Shown: positions 32,582-44,295, numbered from the stretch's first letter. The stretch is 50,244 nt of DNA from Chloroflexota bacterium (GCA_005889295.1 VBEY01000242.1:1-50244), one strand, 5' to 3'. Notes: a model not told the origin generated them from the letters alone. Translations and numbers: made by a program.

Positions 32582-33622
32582 ATGAAACTCGGCTGGCAAA
32601 AACTCTTCTCGCTACCTCTCGCGATCGTCCTGGCGCTTTCGCTGCGGCCCGTGCCCGCGGCTGCCGGCGCGGACAAGGAATACAGCGTCCACCCGCTCGT
32701 CTCGAACGTCGCGGGCGCGGCGCCGAGGACCGATCCGAACCTCGTCAACGCCTGGGGTCTGGTCGCCGGACCGGCGACGCCCTGGTGGGTCGCCGACAAC
32801 GGCACGAGCCTTTCGACCCTTTACCGAGCCGACGGCTCGATCGTTCCGCTCGTCGTTCAGGTTCCCGTCCACCCGACCGGTGCGGTCTTCTGGGCCGCCG
32901 GGGTGCGCGCCAGATTCGTGTTCGACACCGAAGCGGGCCAGGTCCGCGGCTGGCTTCCCGCCCAAGGGAACCAGACGATCGTCCTTGCCGATCGCTCCGC
33001 GGTCGGCGCGATCTACAAGGGCCTCGCGCTCGCGACGACGGCCGCGGGCGACCGCTTCTACGCGACCGACTTCCACAACGGCAGCGTCGACGTATTCGAT
33101 TCGAGCTTCAACCTCGTGACGGGCGCCGGTGCATTCGTCGACCCGGCTCTGCCCTCCGGCTATGCGCCATTCGGGATTCAGACGATCGGCTCGCGAGTTT
33201 TTGTGACGTATGCCAAGCAGGGCCCCGATGCCGTTGACGAAATCCACGGGCAGGGAAAGGGTTTCGTCGACGTCTACGACACGTCCGGCCTGCTGCTCGC
33301 TCGTGTCGCGCAGCACGGTCAGCTCAACGCACCGTGGGGACTCGCGCTCGCTCCCGCCGACTTCGGTCGCTTCAGCGGCGTTCTCCTGGTCGGCAACTTC
33401 GGCGACGGGCAGATCAACGCCTACGAAGAAATGGCGAACGGAAAGTTCGAGCACCGCGGCGAGCTGCGGGGCACCGACGGTGAGTCGATCTCGATCGACG
33501 GCCTGTGGGCGCTGCAGTTCGGCCATGGGACAGTCAACAACGGGCCGACGAACACGCTCTTCTTCACGGCCGGCCCGACCGACGAGACGGACGGGCTCTT
33601 CGGTTCGATCACCGCACCCTGA
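32582..33622 (+). CDS. Secreted beta-propeller protein, TIGR03118-like
   Basis: The ATG at 32582 is preceded by GGAGG with a 5-nt spacer. A signal peptide is followed by HPLVSNVAGAAPRTDPNLVNAWGLVAGPATPWWVADNGTSLSTLY and LNAPWGLALAPADFG...LLVGNFGDGQINAY. I recall this pattern from the TIGR03118 family. Confidence 0.65.
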   Translation: MKLGWQKLFSLPLAIVLALSLRPVPAAAGADKEYSVHPLVSNVAGAAPRTDPNLVNAWGLVAGPATPWWVADNGTSLSTLYRADGSIVPLVVQVPVHPTGAVFWAAGVRARFVFDTEAGQVRGWLPAQGNQTIVLADRSAVGAIYKGLALATTAAGDRFYATDFHNGSVDVFDSSFNLVTGAGAFVDPALPSGYAPFGIQTIGSRVFVTYAKQGPDAVDEIHGQGKGFVDVYDTSGLLLARVAQHGQLNAPWGLALAPADFGRFSGVLLVGNFGDGQINAYEEMANGKFEHRGELRGTDGESISIDGLWALQFGHGTVNNGPTNTLFFTAGPTDETDGLFGSITAP

Positions 33623-33725
33623 GCCATGCGGTGGCGTGGCGGCGCGGCACGCGGCCGCGCCGCCGCGGCCTGGGCCAAGCGGCATTTGACGCCCCGGCAT
33701 AGGATTCCGCCGGGGGAGCGCGCGA

Positions 33726-34037
33726 ATGGCGATGACGTTGACCGACAAGGACCTGGTCTGCCGCGAGTGCGGGAATTCCTTCGTGTGGACCGCGGGCGAG
33801 CAGGAGTTTTACGCGCAGAAAGGCTTGCTCCATGAGCCGCAGCGCTGCCCCGATTGCCGGCGACGCGCAAAGGCCGAGCGCGCCGCGGCCAGAGCTCAGA
33901 GCATGCACGACATCGTGTGCTCGAACTGCGGCCGCCCCGGCCAGGTTCCCTTCGCCCCGCGGACGGACCGGCCCGTCTATTGCTCCGAGTGCTTCGAGGC
34001 ACGACGCACCGCGCCGAATCCGATCGCCGCGAACTGA
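33726..34037 (+). CDS. Double zinc-ribbon protein
   Basis: 103 aa with two zinc-ribbon modules: CRECGNSFVWTAGEQEFYAQKGLLHEPQRCPDCR and CSNCGRPGQVPFAPRTDRPVYCSEC. Confidence 0.7.
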   Translation: MAMTLTDKDLVCRECGNSFVWTAGEQEFYAQKGLLHEPQRCPDCRRRAKAERAAARAQSMHDIVCSNCGRPGQVPFAPRTDRPVYCSECFEARRTAPNPIAAN

Positions 34038-34070
34038 TAGACCGGCCCCTTTCCTGCACCCGCGACCCCT

Positions 34071-34652
34071 GTGAGACGCTTTTTCCTCGGTGTACTCGTG
34101 GGCGCGATCTCGATCGTTGCCGTTCTGGTCGGAATCGGCCATTGGCTCGATCTCACCGATCCACCCGCGAAGGCCGACGCGATCGTCGCGATATCGGGTG
34201 ACACCGGGGCCCGGGTGGAAACGGCGATCGCGCTCTGGAAAGAGGGCTACGCACCGGTGCTCATCTTCTCCGGCGGCTCAAGCGACCCCGAATCGGTGGC
34301 CTCGGCCGAGCTCATGAAGCGCACCGCCGTCGCGGCCGGCGTCCCCGCGACCGCGATCGTCGTGGAAGGCACCTCGGCGACCACGGAGGAGAACGCGCAG
34401 CGCGTCGCGGAGCTCATGCAAAACCGCCATCTGCGTTCCGCGATCCTCGTGACGAGCCCGTACCACCAGCGCAGGGCGGCCATGCTGTTCGAGCGCGAGT
34501 TCGGGCGAGCCTCGCTCAGCTTCCGCAATCATCCCGCGGATGATCCGGACTGGGACGCGAGCTTCTGGTGGACCCGTGAGCCATCGCGCAGCCTCACGCT
34601 GGTTGAGCTCGCGAAGCTCGGAGCGCTGGTCGCGGGGCAGCGCCCGGGATAG
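34071..34652 (+). CDS. DUF218 / YdcF(SanA)-like membrane-anchored protein
   Basis: An N-terminal TM helix precedes ADAIVAISGDTGARVETAIALWKEGYAPVLIFSGG...TSATTEENA...SAILVTSPYHQRRA. Confidence 0.75.
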   Translation: MRRFFLGVLVGAISIVAVLVGIGHWLDLTDPPAKADAIVAISGDTGARVETAIALWKEGYAPVLIFSGGSSDPESVASAELMKRTAVAAGVPATAIVVEGTSATTEENAQRVAELMQNRHLRSAILVTSPYHQRRAAMLFEREFGRASLSFRNHPADDPDWDASFWWTREPSRSLTLVELAKLGALVAGQRPG

Positions 34653-34663
34653 CATTCGAATAC

Positions 34664-35926
34664 GTGCCCGTGACGGCCATCGTCGGTGCCCAGTGGGGCG
34701 ACGAGGGCAAAGGCAAGATCACCGACCTCCTGGCGCAGGAGGCGGATGTGGTCATCCGATTCCAGGGCGGCAACAACGCCGGCCACACCGTCGTCAACCA
34801 GCACGGGACGTTCAAGCTCCATCTCGTCCCCAGCGGGATCTTCAACCCCGACGCGCTCTGCGTGCTCGGTCCGGGTTGCGTCGTGGACCTGGCGTTCCTC
34901 TGTCGCGAGCTCGCCGACCTCGAGCGAAGCGGGATCTCGACCGCGAACCTCCGCGTGAGCGACCGGGCTCATCTCATCATGCCGTGGCACATCGCGCTCG
35001 ACCGTCTCGACGAGCGCGAGCGCGGACGCAAGAAGCTCGGGACGACCGGCATGGGCGTGGGGCCGGCGTATTCGGACAAGGTGGGCCGCCATGGCATCCA
35101 GGTCTACGAGGTGCGCGATCCGAAGAGCTTTCGCGCTCGCGTCAAGCGGGAGCTCGCGACGAAGAACGCCATCCTCGAGCGTTTTGGCGACGCACCACTC
35201 GACGATGAGAAGGTCGCCGACGGCGTCCTCGCCGCCGCGGCGAAGCTCGGCGACCGGATCGTCGACACGCTCCCCCTCGTGGAGTCGGCGCTCGCCAAGG
35301 ACGCGCGGGTGCTGCTCGAGGGCCAGCTCGGCGCGATGCGCGATCTCGACTGGGGCATCTACCCGTATGTGACGAGCTCGAATCCCCTCGCGGGCGGCGC
35401 CAGCGTTGGGGCCGGAATCCCCCCGCGGAAGATCACCCGCGTCATCGGCGTCGTGAAGGCGTACTCGACCGCGGTCGGCGAGGGCCCGTTCCCGACCGAG
35501 CTGCGCGGCGAGGAAGCCACCGCGCTCCGCGAGCGCGCGCACGAATACGGCGCGACGACGGGTCGTCCGCGCCGGGTGGGGTGGTTTGACGCAGTCGCAG
35601 CACGGCACGCGCACCGCCTGAACGCCTTCACCGAGCTCGCTGTCACCAAGCTCGACGTCCTGGACGTGTACGACCGGATCCCGTTCTGCGCGAGCTACGA
35701 GCTCGACGGCAAGCGGACCTCCGATATGCCGACGACGCTCGTTCTCGAACGCGCGCGTCCGTGTTACGAGACGCTCGAAGGGTGGTCGACGGCCATCACC
35801 GGGGTGACCGAGCGCCGGGCGCTCCCGCCGAAGGCCGTCGCGTATCTCGATCGGATCGCGGAGACCGTCGGCGCGCCTGTCGGAATGATCGGCGTTGGAC
35901 CCGAGCGCGCGGCGACCCTCCTCTAA
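34664..35926 (+). CDS. purA: Adenylosuccinate synthetase
   Basis: Reads VGAQWGDEGKGKITDLLAQEADVVIRFQGGNNAGHTV and continues ...GTTGMGVGPAY...GATTGRPRRVGWFD. Confidence 0.95.
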   Translation: MPVTAIVGAQWGDEGKGKITDLLAQEADVVIRFQGGNNAGHTVVNQHGTFKLHLVPSGIFNPDALCVLGPGCVVDLAFLCRELADLERSGISTANLRVSDRAHLIMPWHIALDRLDERERGRKKLGTTGMGVGPAYSDKVGRHGIQVYEVRDPKSFRARVKRELATKNAILERFGDAPLDDEKVADGVLAAAAKLGDRIVDTLPLVESALAKDARVLLEGQLGAMRDLDWGIYPYVTSSNPLAGGASVGAGIPPRKITRVIGVVKAYSTAVGEGPFPTELRGEEATALRERAHEYGATTGRPRRVGWFDAVAARHAHRLNAFTELAVTKLDVLDVYDRIPFCASYELDGKRTSDMPTTLVLERARPCYETLEGWSTAITGVTERRALPPKAVAYLDRIAETVGAPVGMIGVGPERAATLL

Positions 35927-35938
35927 GATCGCGGCGGC

Positions 35939-36262
35939 GTGAGCAGCCTCATCGACATCGCGTTCCCCTACCGCCGCAGACGCTCGTTCGGGGCGGCGTC
36001 GTTCGCGTTCACGTTCCTGGTGCTCCTCTTCGAGGTGGAGCTCCTGGCATTTGTCGGCATGGCTCTCGTGGCACGCCAGCTTCAGCTCTGGTGGGACCTT
36101 CAGTCGGTCTTGTTTCCGACAGCGTGCCTCATCAGCCTGGCCGCGGCGATCGTGTTCTGGTGGCGGGCCCGGTCCTGGAGCCGGCACCGCGTCGCGATCG
36201 CCGAGGGGTGGGCTCGCGGTGGCCCGACACTTGGGCAACAGCTCGCGCAAAAACGCGACTAG
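35939..36262 (+). CDS. Small membrane protein, unknown function
   Basis: 107 aa with a GTG start, high GC3 and two or three hydrophobic helices. It lies between purA and guaB. Confidence 0.45.
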   Translation: MSSLIDIAFPYRRRRSFGAASFAFTFLVLLFEVELLAFVGMALVARQLQLWWDLQSVLFPTACLISLAAAIVFWWRARSWSRHRVAIAEGWARGGPTLGQQLAQKRD

Positions 36263-37420
<1,158 letters not shown>

Positions 37421-37423
37421 TCC

Positions 37424-39007
37424 ATGAGCCGCGCGGAGACCGTTCGCCCCGAGACCGGGGCGAAGGCCGCATCGCCCGCCCGGCCCACCGTCGCGATCCT
37501 CGACTTCGGCTCGCAGTACACCCAGCTGATCGCGCGCCGCGTCCGCGAATCGCGGGTGTACTGCGAGATCTTTCCGCACGACGTGACGCCCGCCGAGCTG
37601 CGGGCGCGGAACGTCATCGGCGTGATCCTCTCCGGGGGTCCGGCGAGCGTGTATGAGCCGGGCGCTCCGAGCGTCGATCCGGGCATCATCTCGGGAGACT
37701 TTCCCGTCCTCGGCATCTGCTACGGGATGCAGCTCATGGCGCACCTTCTGGGGGGCGACGTCGTGGCGGAGGGAAAGCGCGAGTACGGCCCCGCGACCGT
37801 GGAGATCCGCGACCGTGCCGGGATCTTCGAGGGCCTCTCCGCTCAGGAACGGGCCTGGGTGAGTCACGGCGACACCGTGCGTCGACCTCCGGAGGGCTTC
37901 TCCGTCGTGGCGAGCACGACGAGCGTCCCGGTAGCTGCGATGACCGACGGCCATTCGCGCTACGCAGTGCAATTTCATCCCGAGGTCGCCCACACGCCGC
38001 ACGGCGCCGAGATCCTGCGCAACTTCCTCTACCGCGTCTGCGGCGCGACCGGCGACTGGACACCGGCGTCGTTCGTCGAGGAAGCCGTGCGCGAGCTCCG
38101 GGAGAGGATCGGCGACCGCCACGCCATCTGCGCGCTCTCCGGCGGCGTCGACTCGGCGGTCGCAGCGGCGCTCGTCGCGCGCGCGATCGGCGACCGGCTC
38201 ACCTGCGTGTTCGTCGACACCGGTCTCCTCCGCGCGAACGAGGCCGAGGAGGTCGTGGCGACCTTCGGGCCGCGCCTTCGGCTCATTCACGTCGACGCGG
38301 CGGATCGCTTCCTCGCGAAACTCAAGGATGTCGCGGACCCCGAGCGCAAGCGCACGATCATCGGCGAGGAGTTCGTGCGCTGCTTCGAGGAGCAGGCCGA
38401 GCGCGCCGGACGTGTCGATCTCCTCGTACAGGGGACGATCTATCCCGACGTCATCGAGTCGCGGTCACGCGAGTCGAAGACGAGCGCCCGCATCAAGACC
38501 CACCACAACGTCGGGGGGCTTCCCGAGGTCATGGCGCTCGAGGTGGTCGAGCCGCTCCGCCGCCTCTTCAAGGACGAGGTCCGCCGCGTGGGTGCCGAGC
38601 TCGGCATACCCGAAGACATCCTCTGGCGGCACCCATTTCCAGGCCCTGGCCTCGCGGTGCGTGTGCTCGGCCCGGTCGAACGCCAGAGTCTCGACACCCT
38701 TCGGCGCGCGGACGCGATCTTCCTCGAGGAGCTCCGCGCCGCGGATCTCTACCGGACGGTCGCGCAGGCGTTCGCGGTGCTCACCCCGGTCCGGAGCGTC
38801 GGCGTTCAGGGTGACTTCCGCACGTACGGCGCGCTCGTCGCGCTCCGCGCCGTGACCACCGAGGACTTCATGACCGCGGACTGGGCGCGTCTGCCGTACG
38901 ACCTGCTGGAGCGAGTCTCGACGCGCATCGTCAACGAGGTGCCGGGAGTGAATCGCGTCGTGTACGACGTATCGTCGAAACCGCCCGCGACCATCGAATG
39001 GGAGTGA
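37424..39007 (+). CDS. guaA: GMP synthase (glutamine-hydrolysing)
   Basis: Has the GATase part ([18 protein letters not shown]...GICYGMQL...QFHPEV) and the ATP-PPase motif [10 protein letters not shown]. The C-terminus ends PPATIEWE. Confidence 0.95.
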   Translation: MSRAETVRPETGAKAASPARPTVAILDFGSQYTQLIARRVRESRVYCEIFPHDVTPAELRARNVIGVILSGGPASVYEPGAPSVDPGIISGDFPVLGICYGMQLMAHLLGGDVVAEGKREYGPATVEIRDRAGIFEGLSAQERAWVSHGDTVRRPPEGFSVVASTTSVPVAAMTDGHSRYAVQFHPEVAHTPHGAEILRNFLYRVCGATGDWTPASFVEEAVRELRERIGDRHAICALSGGVDSAVAAALVARAIGDRLTCVFVDTGLLRANEAEEVVATFGPRLRLIHVDAADRFLAKLKDVADPERKRTIIGEEFVRCFEEQAERAGRVDLLVQGTIYPDVIESRSRESKTSARIKTHHNVGGLPEVMALEVVEPLRRLFKDEVRRVGAELGIPEDILWRHPFPGPGLAVRVLGPVERQSLDTLRRADAIFLEELRAADLYRTVAQAFAVLTPVRSVGVQGDFRTYGALVALRAVTTEDFMTADWARLPYDLLERVSTRIVNEVPGVNRVVYDVSSKPPATIEWE

Positions 39008-39016
39008 GGTTGATCG

Positions 39017-40144
39017 GTGTACCCGAGCGAGCTTCGTGCGCGGATGATCGATCAGCTGAAGGGTCGCGGGCTCGAGATGGCGCCGGCGATCGAAGAGGCT
39101 TTTCGCGCGGTGCCGCGCGAGGCGTTCCTCCCGGGCATTCCGATTGAACGGGTTTACAGCGGCGATGCCATCATCACGAGGAGCGACGAACAGGGCCGTC
39201 CGATCAGCTCGTCGAGCGAGGTCGGGATCATGATCGCCATGGCGCAGCTCCTCGACGTTGCGCCGGGTCAGCGGATTCTGGAGATCGGTGCGGGGACCGG
39301 TTACAACGCCGCCGTCCTCTCGCGGCTTGTCGGCGACCGGGGCGCGATCACAACGATCGACATCGACCCCGATATCGCAGCCGAGGCGCGCGATCATCTG
39401 ACGCGCGCGGGGTTCGACCGAGTCGCGGTGGTCACCGGGGATGGCTGGGAGGGCAAGATCCCGGGCGCTCCCTACGATCGGATCGAGGTCACCGCGAGCG
39501 TGGCCGATCTCTCGCCGAATTGGTTCGCGGAGCTCGTCGAGGGCGGAAAGATCGTTTTCCCCTTGGTGCTGCGAGCCGGGATCCAGACAGTCGTCGGCCT
39601 GCAGAAAATGGGGACCGAGCTCGTCAGCACGAATCTCGTCCCCGGTGGCTTCATGCGGTTGCGCGGTCCCGGTGGTCCGCAAGGTCAGACCCGGAGTTTC
39701 GACGGCCTGACCGTAGAGCTCGCGGACGCGGAACTCGCCGCAGACGATCGGTTGGGCGCGCTGCTGCGGGAGCCTCCTCGGATGACCGTCACGCCGCCAC
39801 TTGGGTGGGAGGCGCTCACTCTTCTTGCCCTCCTTCACGGCAATGTCACCGTCACTGGAAAAGGGCGTCCGGGATTCGCGGTCGGGATCTTCGATCGCGA
39901 TGGCGGATTGGCTCTCGTGGAACTCGCCCAGGGCGCTATCGCCGGTCCGCTCAGTCTCATCACCGCGTTCGGTTCGGATGCGGCTCGGGCTCAATTGATC
40001 GCCGGGATCGAGAACATCCGAGGTCTTCGGCTGAACGATCTGCGCGTCGTTGTCAGCCGGATCGATTCCGCGGGACCCGATGGCGATGTGGTCCTCCGTC
40101 GCGGTGCGTTCAAATTCGCGTTCAGCATCATGGCCCGTTCGTGA
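39017..40144 (+). CDS. Long protein-L-isoaspartate O-methyltransferase (PIMT)-family protein with a roughly 170-aa C-terminal extension
   Basis: Contains AFRAVPREAFLP and the SAM motif RILEIGAGTGYNAAVLSRLVG. The DRIEVTA and LVEGGKIVFPL blocks follow. An unrecognised C-domain completes 375 aa, versus about 210 aa for housekeeping Pcm. The GTG is preceded by GAGG. Confidence 0.7.
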   Translation: MYPSELRARMIDQLKGRGLEMAPAIEEAFRAVPREAFLPGIPIERVYSGDAIITRSDEQGRPISSSSEVGIMIAMAQLLDVAPGQRILEIGAGTGYNAAVLSRLVGDRGAITTIDIDPDIAAEARDHLTRAGFDRVAVVTGDGWEGKIPGAPYDRIEVTASVADLSPNWFAELVEGGKIVFPLVLRAGIQTVVGLQKMGTELVSTNLVPGGFMRLRGPGGPQGQTRSFDGLTVELADAELAADDRLGALLREPPRMTVTPPLGWEALTLLALLHGNVTVTGKGRPGFAVGIFDRDGGLALVELAQGAIAGPLSLITAFGSDAARAQLIAGIENIRGLRLNDLRVVVSRIDSAGPDGDVVLRRGAFKFAFSIMARS

Positions 40145-41499
40145 AAGGCATCTTCGGCGGCGAAGCCGTCTACAAGACGATCCGGGAGCACCGCCGGCAG
40201 CGGAGCCCGCGGCGGTCGGCGGGTGCGCCGGGTCTCAATTGCCTCGTGCTCGGTGGAGGCGGCCGCGAGTACGCGATCGCCTGGCGCCTTGCGAACTGCA
40301 ACAGCGTGGCGACCATCGACTCGCTCCCGGGCAACGCCGGCCTCTCGCTTTTCACGCGGGTCCTCGATCGGAAGCCGGACGACGTGGCCTGGCTCGACGA
40401 GCATGTGCTCGCCTCGTTCATCGACCTCGCGATCGTCGGTCCCGACGATCTGATCGCCGCGGGGATCGCCGATGCCCTGCGCCGCTCGGAGATCGCGGTG
40501 GTCGGACCGTCCAAGGACGCGTCGAAGATCGAATGGTCGAAATCCTTCGCCAAGGAGCTCATGGCGGAGGCGGGCGTGCCCACGGCACGGTCGGAATCGT
40601 TCGCCGACGCGGCCAGCGCGAAGGACGGGCTGGGTCGCTGGAACGCGCCGGTCGTCGTGAAGGCCGACGGCCTCGCGCTTGGCAAGGGCGTAACCGTCGC
40701 GCGAACGCCCGAGGAAGCGGTCGAGGCGCTCGCGACACCGCCCTGGAACAGCGGCCGCGTCCTTCTCGAAGAGTTCCTCGAGGGCGAGGAGGTCTCACTG
40801 CAGGCGCTCGTGGATGGCGAGACCGTCGTCGCGCTCCCGCCGGCGCGCGATCACAAGCGCGCGCGTGACGGTGACGCCGGCCCGAACACCGGCGGGATGG
40901 GCGCGTTCTCGCCCACCGCGGTCTTGCCCGACGACCAGGCGCAGACCGTCGCGGCCGAGGTCATCGCGCCCATCGCGGCGGCGCTCGCAAAACGCGGGAC
41001 GCCGTATCGCGGCGTGCTGTACGCGGGCCTGATGAAGACAAAAGTGGGCTGGAAGGTGCTCGAGTACAACGCGCGCTTCGGTGATCCGGAGGCCGAGGTC
41101 ACCCTTCCGCGGATCGAGGGCGATTTCGCCAAGCTACTCCTCGCTCTGGGCGAAGGCCGCCTCGCCGAGTACGTAGCCGCCGAGCCGATCCGCTTCAGCA
41201 GGCGGGCCTACGTCGATGTCGTGCTGTGCGCCGAGAACTATCCGGGGCCGCCACGGACCGGCATGGCCGTCGAAGGACTCGATCGCCTGCCCGAGAGCGT
41301 GTTCGCGTTCCACGGAGCGACCAAGCGCGGTCCGGCCGGCAACGTCATCGTGAATGGCGGTCGAGTCATGCACATGGTCGCGAGCGGCGACAACATCGCC
41401 GAGGCACGCGACCGCGCGTACGCGGGTGCGGAGCGCGTGACCTTCGAGGGCAAGTTCTATCGTTCGGACATCGCGCAGCAGGAGGTGGCGGTCGCGTGA
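40141..41499 (+). CDS. purD: Phosphoribosylamine-glycine ligase
   Basis: Reads [16 protein letters not shown]...[13 protein letters not shown]...[22 protein letters not shown]...[11 protein letters not shown]. The start is uncertain: a GTG at 40141 (GTGA overlap) gives a roughly 33-aa N-terminal extension. The rest of track ORF 39520-41499 is out-of-frame overlap. Confidence 0.85.
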   Translation: MKGIFGGEAVYKTIREHRRQRSPRRSAGAPGLNCLVLGGGGREYAIAWRLANCNSVATIDSLPGNAGLSLFTRVLDRKPDDVAWLDEHVLASFIDLAIVGPDDLIAAGIADALRRSEIAVVGPSKDASKIEWSKSFAKELMAEAGVPTARSESFADAASAKDGLGRWNAPVVVKADGLALGKGVTVARTPEEAVEALATPPWNSGRVLLEEFLEGEEVSLQALVDGETVVALPPARDHKRARDGDAGPNTGGMGAFSPTAVLPDDQAQTVAAEVIAPIAAALAKRGTPYRGVLYAGLMKTKVGWKVLEYNARFGDPEAEVTLPRIEGDFAKLLLALGEGRLAEYVAAEPIRFSRRAYVDVVLCAENYPGPPRTGMAVEGLDRLPESVFAFHGATKRGPAGNVIVNGGRVMHMVASGDNIAEARDRAYAGAERVTFEGKFYRSDIAQQEVAVA

Positions 41500-41844
41500 C
41501 GTCAGCCAAGGTCGCGATCGTCATGGGTTCCGCGTCCGACCAGGCGACGATGCGCCTGGCCGCGGACGCGCTCGAAAATCTCGGTGTCGAGTGCGAGACG
41601 CGCGTCCTTTCCGCGCATCGCACGCCCGAAGCGCTTCGCGAGTGGGTCGATTCGCTCGAGGGCCGCGGGGTCCGCGTGGTGATCTGCGGCGCCGGTGGCG
41701 CGGCGCACCTCGCGGGTGCGGTCGCCGCGCTCACGACGCTGCCGGTGATCGGAGTCCCGCTCGTGGCCCCGATCTGACGGAGCAGTTGCAGGGCGCTTGC
41801 GAGCAATGCGCGAAGAAATGGCGGCGAAAGTGTTGACGCGATGA
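41496..41844 (+). pseudogene. purE: purE (N5-CAIR mutase) with an internal out-of-frame deletion
   Basis: The N-terminal 93 codons are typical: [15 protein letters not shown]...VLSAHRTPE...[28 protein letters not shown]. The frame stops at 41777. In another frame, 41782-41844 reads AVAGRLRAMREEMAAKVLTR*, which resembles the PurE C-terminal helix. The segment carrying the SLLSIVQMP.G.PVATV motif is missing. Confidence 0.65.
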
Positions 41845-42004
41845 GAATGGATGCGTTGCGGGCCTCGGGTCCTGTCCCGGGGTCGGGGTTGCGCGCTCGG
41901 CTACCGGCCCACTGCGCCCGCGTTGCCAACCCTTCCGCGCGACGCGGCCGGATGAACGCCTCGCGCGCAACCCGCTCCCCCGTGCCACCCGAGGCCCGCC
42001 CCGC

Positions 42005-43411
42005 ATGACGATCACAAATCGCTTCGACACCGTCTCCCCGCTCGACTCTCGTTTTTATGGGGGCGATCCCGCTCTGTACAAAGCCTTGCATCCGTATCTG
42101 TCGGCCGCGGCCGCGATCAAGTACATGGCGAGAGTCGAGGGCGCACTCGCACTCGCGCTCGCGGATGTGGGCATCAGCGACAAGGCGACTGCGAACGCGA
42201 TCGCCAGCGCGGCCGATCGCATCACCGCGCAGGAGGTGGCCGAGGAGGAGACCCGCACGCGGCACGACGTGCGCGCGCTCGTGAATGTCATCCGCTCGCA
42301 GGTGCCTGACGAGGCCAAGCGCTTCGTGCACCTCGGCGCGACCAGTTACGACATCGTCGACACCGCGAACGCGCTCCGCTACCGCGAGTGCGTCGACCGG
42401 GTTCTCGTGCCCACTCTCGCCGTGCTCATCGCCAAGTGCATCTCCATCGCCGAGGCCGAGGCCGACACGGCCCAGATCGGCCGCACGCACGGCCGTCACG
42501 CCGAGCCCGTGACGTTCGGCTTCGCGATGGCCGAGTACGTCTCCCGCCTCGGCGATCGGCTCGAGGGATTACGCCTGGCGGCGCGGCGCCTTCCGGGCAA
42601 GCTCTCCGGCGCGGTCGGCGCGTACAACGCGCTCGCGCTGCTCGCCGAAGATCCCCGCGCGCTCGAGCGCAGGTTCCTGGGGAGCCTGCAGCTCCACGCG
42701 GCTCCGGTCTCCACGCAGATCGTCCCGCCCGAAGGGTGGACCGACCTGGCGCACTCCTGCGTGAGCGCGCTCGGGGTGATGGCCAACCTCGCCGACGACA
42801 TGCGGCAGCTCCAGCGGAGTGAGATCGGCGAGGTGGCCGAGTCCTTCGGCACGGAGCAGGTGGGATCGTCGACGATGCCGCACAAACGCAATCCGGTCTC
42901 CTTCGAGAACGTGAAGTCGATCTGGAAAGCGATCGCGCCGCGGATGCTCACGACATACATGGACCAGATCAGCGAACATCAGCGCGACCTCACGAACTCC
43001 GCGTCGCAGCGCTTCCTCGGCGAGATCCTCGCGGCGACCACGTATGCCGCGGGCCGTCTCGCATCGTCACTCGACGGCATGCGCGTCGACCGCGACCGCC
43101 TGAAGGCCAACCTCGCGATGTCTCGCGGGGCGATCGCGGCCGAGCCGCTCTACATCCTTCTCGCCAAGTACGGCCACCCCGACGCCCACGAGGCCGTGCG
43201 CCGGCTCACGCTCGAGGCCGAGCGCGGGTCGCGCTCGCTCCTCGAGGTCGCGACGCTCGACAACGATCTTCGCGAATACTTGAAGAAGTTCACGCCCGAC
43301 GAGCGGCGCATCCTCGAGCGACCCGAGGAATACCGCGGCCTCGCCGCCGAGGTCGCGCGGGATATCGCCTCGACGTGGCGCGAGCGCCTCAAGGGCATCC
43401 TTCCCGAGTGA
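42005..43411 (+). CDS. purB: Adenylosuccinate lyase
   Basis: 468 aa with SPLDSRFYG, GATSYDIVDTA, GRTHGRHAEPVTFG and the signature GSSTMPHKRNPV. Confidence 0.95.
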   Translation: MTITNRFDTVSPLDSRFYGGDPALYKALHPYLSAAAAIKYMARVEGALALALADVGISDKATANAIASAADRITAQEVAEEETRTRHDVRALVNVIRSQVPDEAKRFVHLGATSYDIVDTANALRYRECVDRVLVPTLAVLIAKCISIAEAEADTAQIGRTHGRHAEPVTFGFAMAEYVSRLGDRLEGLRLAARRLPGKLSGAVGAYNALALLAEDPRALERRFLGSLQLHAAPVSTQIVPPEGWTDLAHSCVSALGVMANLADDMRQLQRSEIGEVAESFGTEQVGSSTMPHKRNPVSFENVKSIWKAIAPRMLTTYMDQISEHQRDLTNSASQRFLGEILAATTYAAGRLASSLDGMRVDRDRLKANLAMSRGAIAAEPLYILLAKYGHPDAHEAVRRLTLEAERGSRSLLEVATLDNDLREYLKKFTPDERRILERPEEYRGLAAEVARDIASTWRERLKGILPE

Positions 43412-44295
43412 GCGTCCTCCTCGAATCGCGCGTCGATGGAGCCAGCCTCTTCCGTCGCGGCAAGGTGCGCGACGTGTACGAAGCGGGCGGGGACAAGCTC
43501 GTCATCGTCGCGAGCGATCGGCTGTCGGCGTTCGACGTCGTCCTCCCCACGCCGATTCCGGACAAGGGCCGCGTTCTCACGCAGCTTTCCAACTTCTGGT
43601 TTCGGAAAACCGAGAAGATCGTGCCGAACCATCTCGTCTCGACCGATCTCCGCCGCTTTCCGAAGGCGTTTCGCGGGTCGCGTTCGCTCGCCGGCCGCGC
43701 CGTCCTGGTGGAGCACTGCGAGCGCATCGACGTCGAGTGTGTCGCCCGCGGCTACATCTCCGGTTCCGCATGGACCGAGTACAAGGCGCTCGGCACCGTC
43801 GCCGGCGAGGAGCTCCCGAAGGCCCTGATCGAGTCAGAGCAGCTCGCCGAACCGATCTTCACGCCCGCGACAAAGGCAGAGTCCGGCCACGACCAGAACA
43901 TCAGTCGCGCGCAGCTCGCCGGGATGATCGGCACCGAGCTCGCCCGCGAGCTGGAGCGCCTGACCCTCGCGCTCTACCGCTTCGCGCACGACTACGCGGC
44001 GTCGAAGGGGCTTCTCCTCGCCGACACGAAGTTCGAGTTCGGCATGCACGACGGCCGGATCACGCTCATCGACGAGGTCCTCACCCCGGACTCGTCGCGG
44101 TACTGGGACGCCGCGGCGTACAAGCCCGGAAGCTCGCCCGCCTCCTTCGACAAGCAGTACGTGCGCGACTTCCTCCTACAGAGCGGTTGGAACAAAGAAC
44201 CTCCCGCCCCGGCGCTCCCGCCCGAGGTGGTGAAGGGGACGAGCGACCGGTATCGCGAGGCGTACAAGCGGATCGTCGGGAAGGCGCTCGCGTGA
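43408..44295 (+). CDS. purC: SAICAR synthetase
   Basis: The GTG at 43408 overlaps the purB stop as GTGA. Reads LFRRGKVRDVYEAGGDKLVIVASDRLSAFDVVLPTPIPDKGRVLTQLSNFWF...LADTKFEFG...DEVLTPDSSRYW. Confidence 0.9.
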   Translation: MSVLLESRVDGASLFRRGKVRDVYEAGGDKLVIVASDRLSAFDVVLPTPIPDKGRVLTQLSNFWFRKTEKIVPNHLVSTDLRRFPKAFRGSRSLAGRAVLVEHCERIDVECVARGYISGSAWTEYKALGTVAGEELPKALIESEQLAEPIFTPATKAESGHDQNISRAQLAGMIGTELARELERLTLALYRFAHDYAASKGLLLADTKFEFGMHDGRITLIDEVLTPDSSRYWDAAAYKPGSSPASFDKQYVRDFLLQSGWNKEPPAPALPPEVVKGTSDRYREAYKRIVGKALA

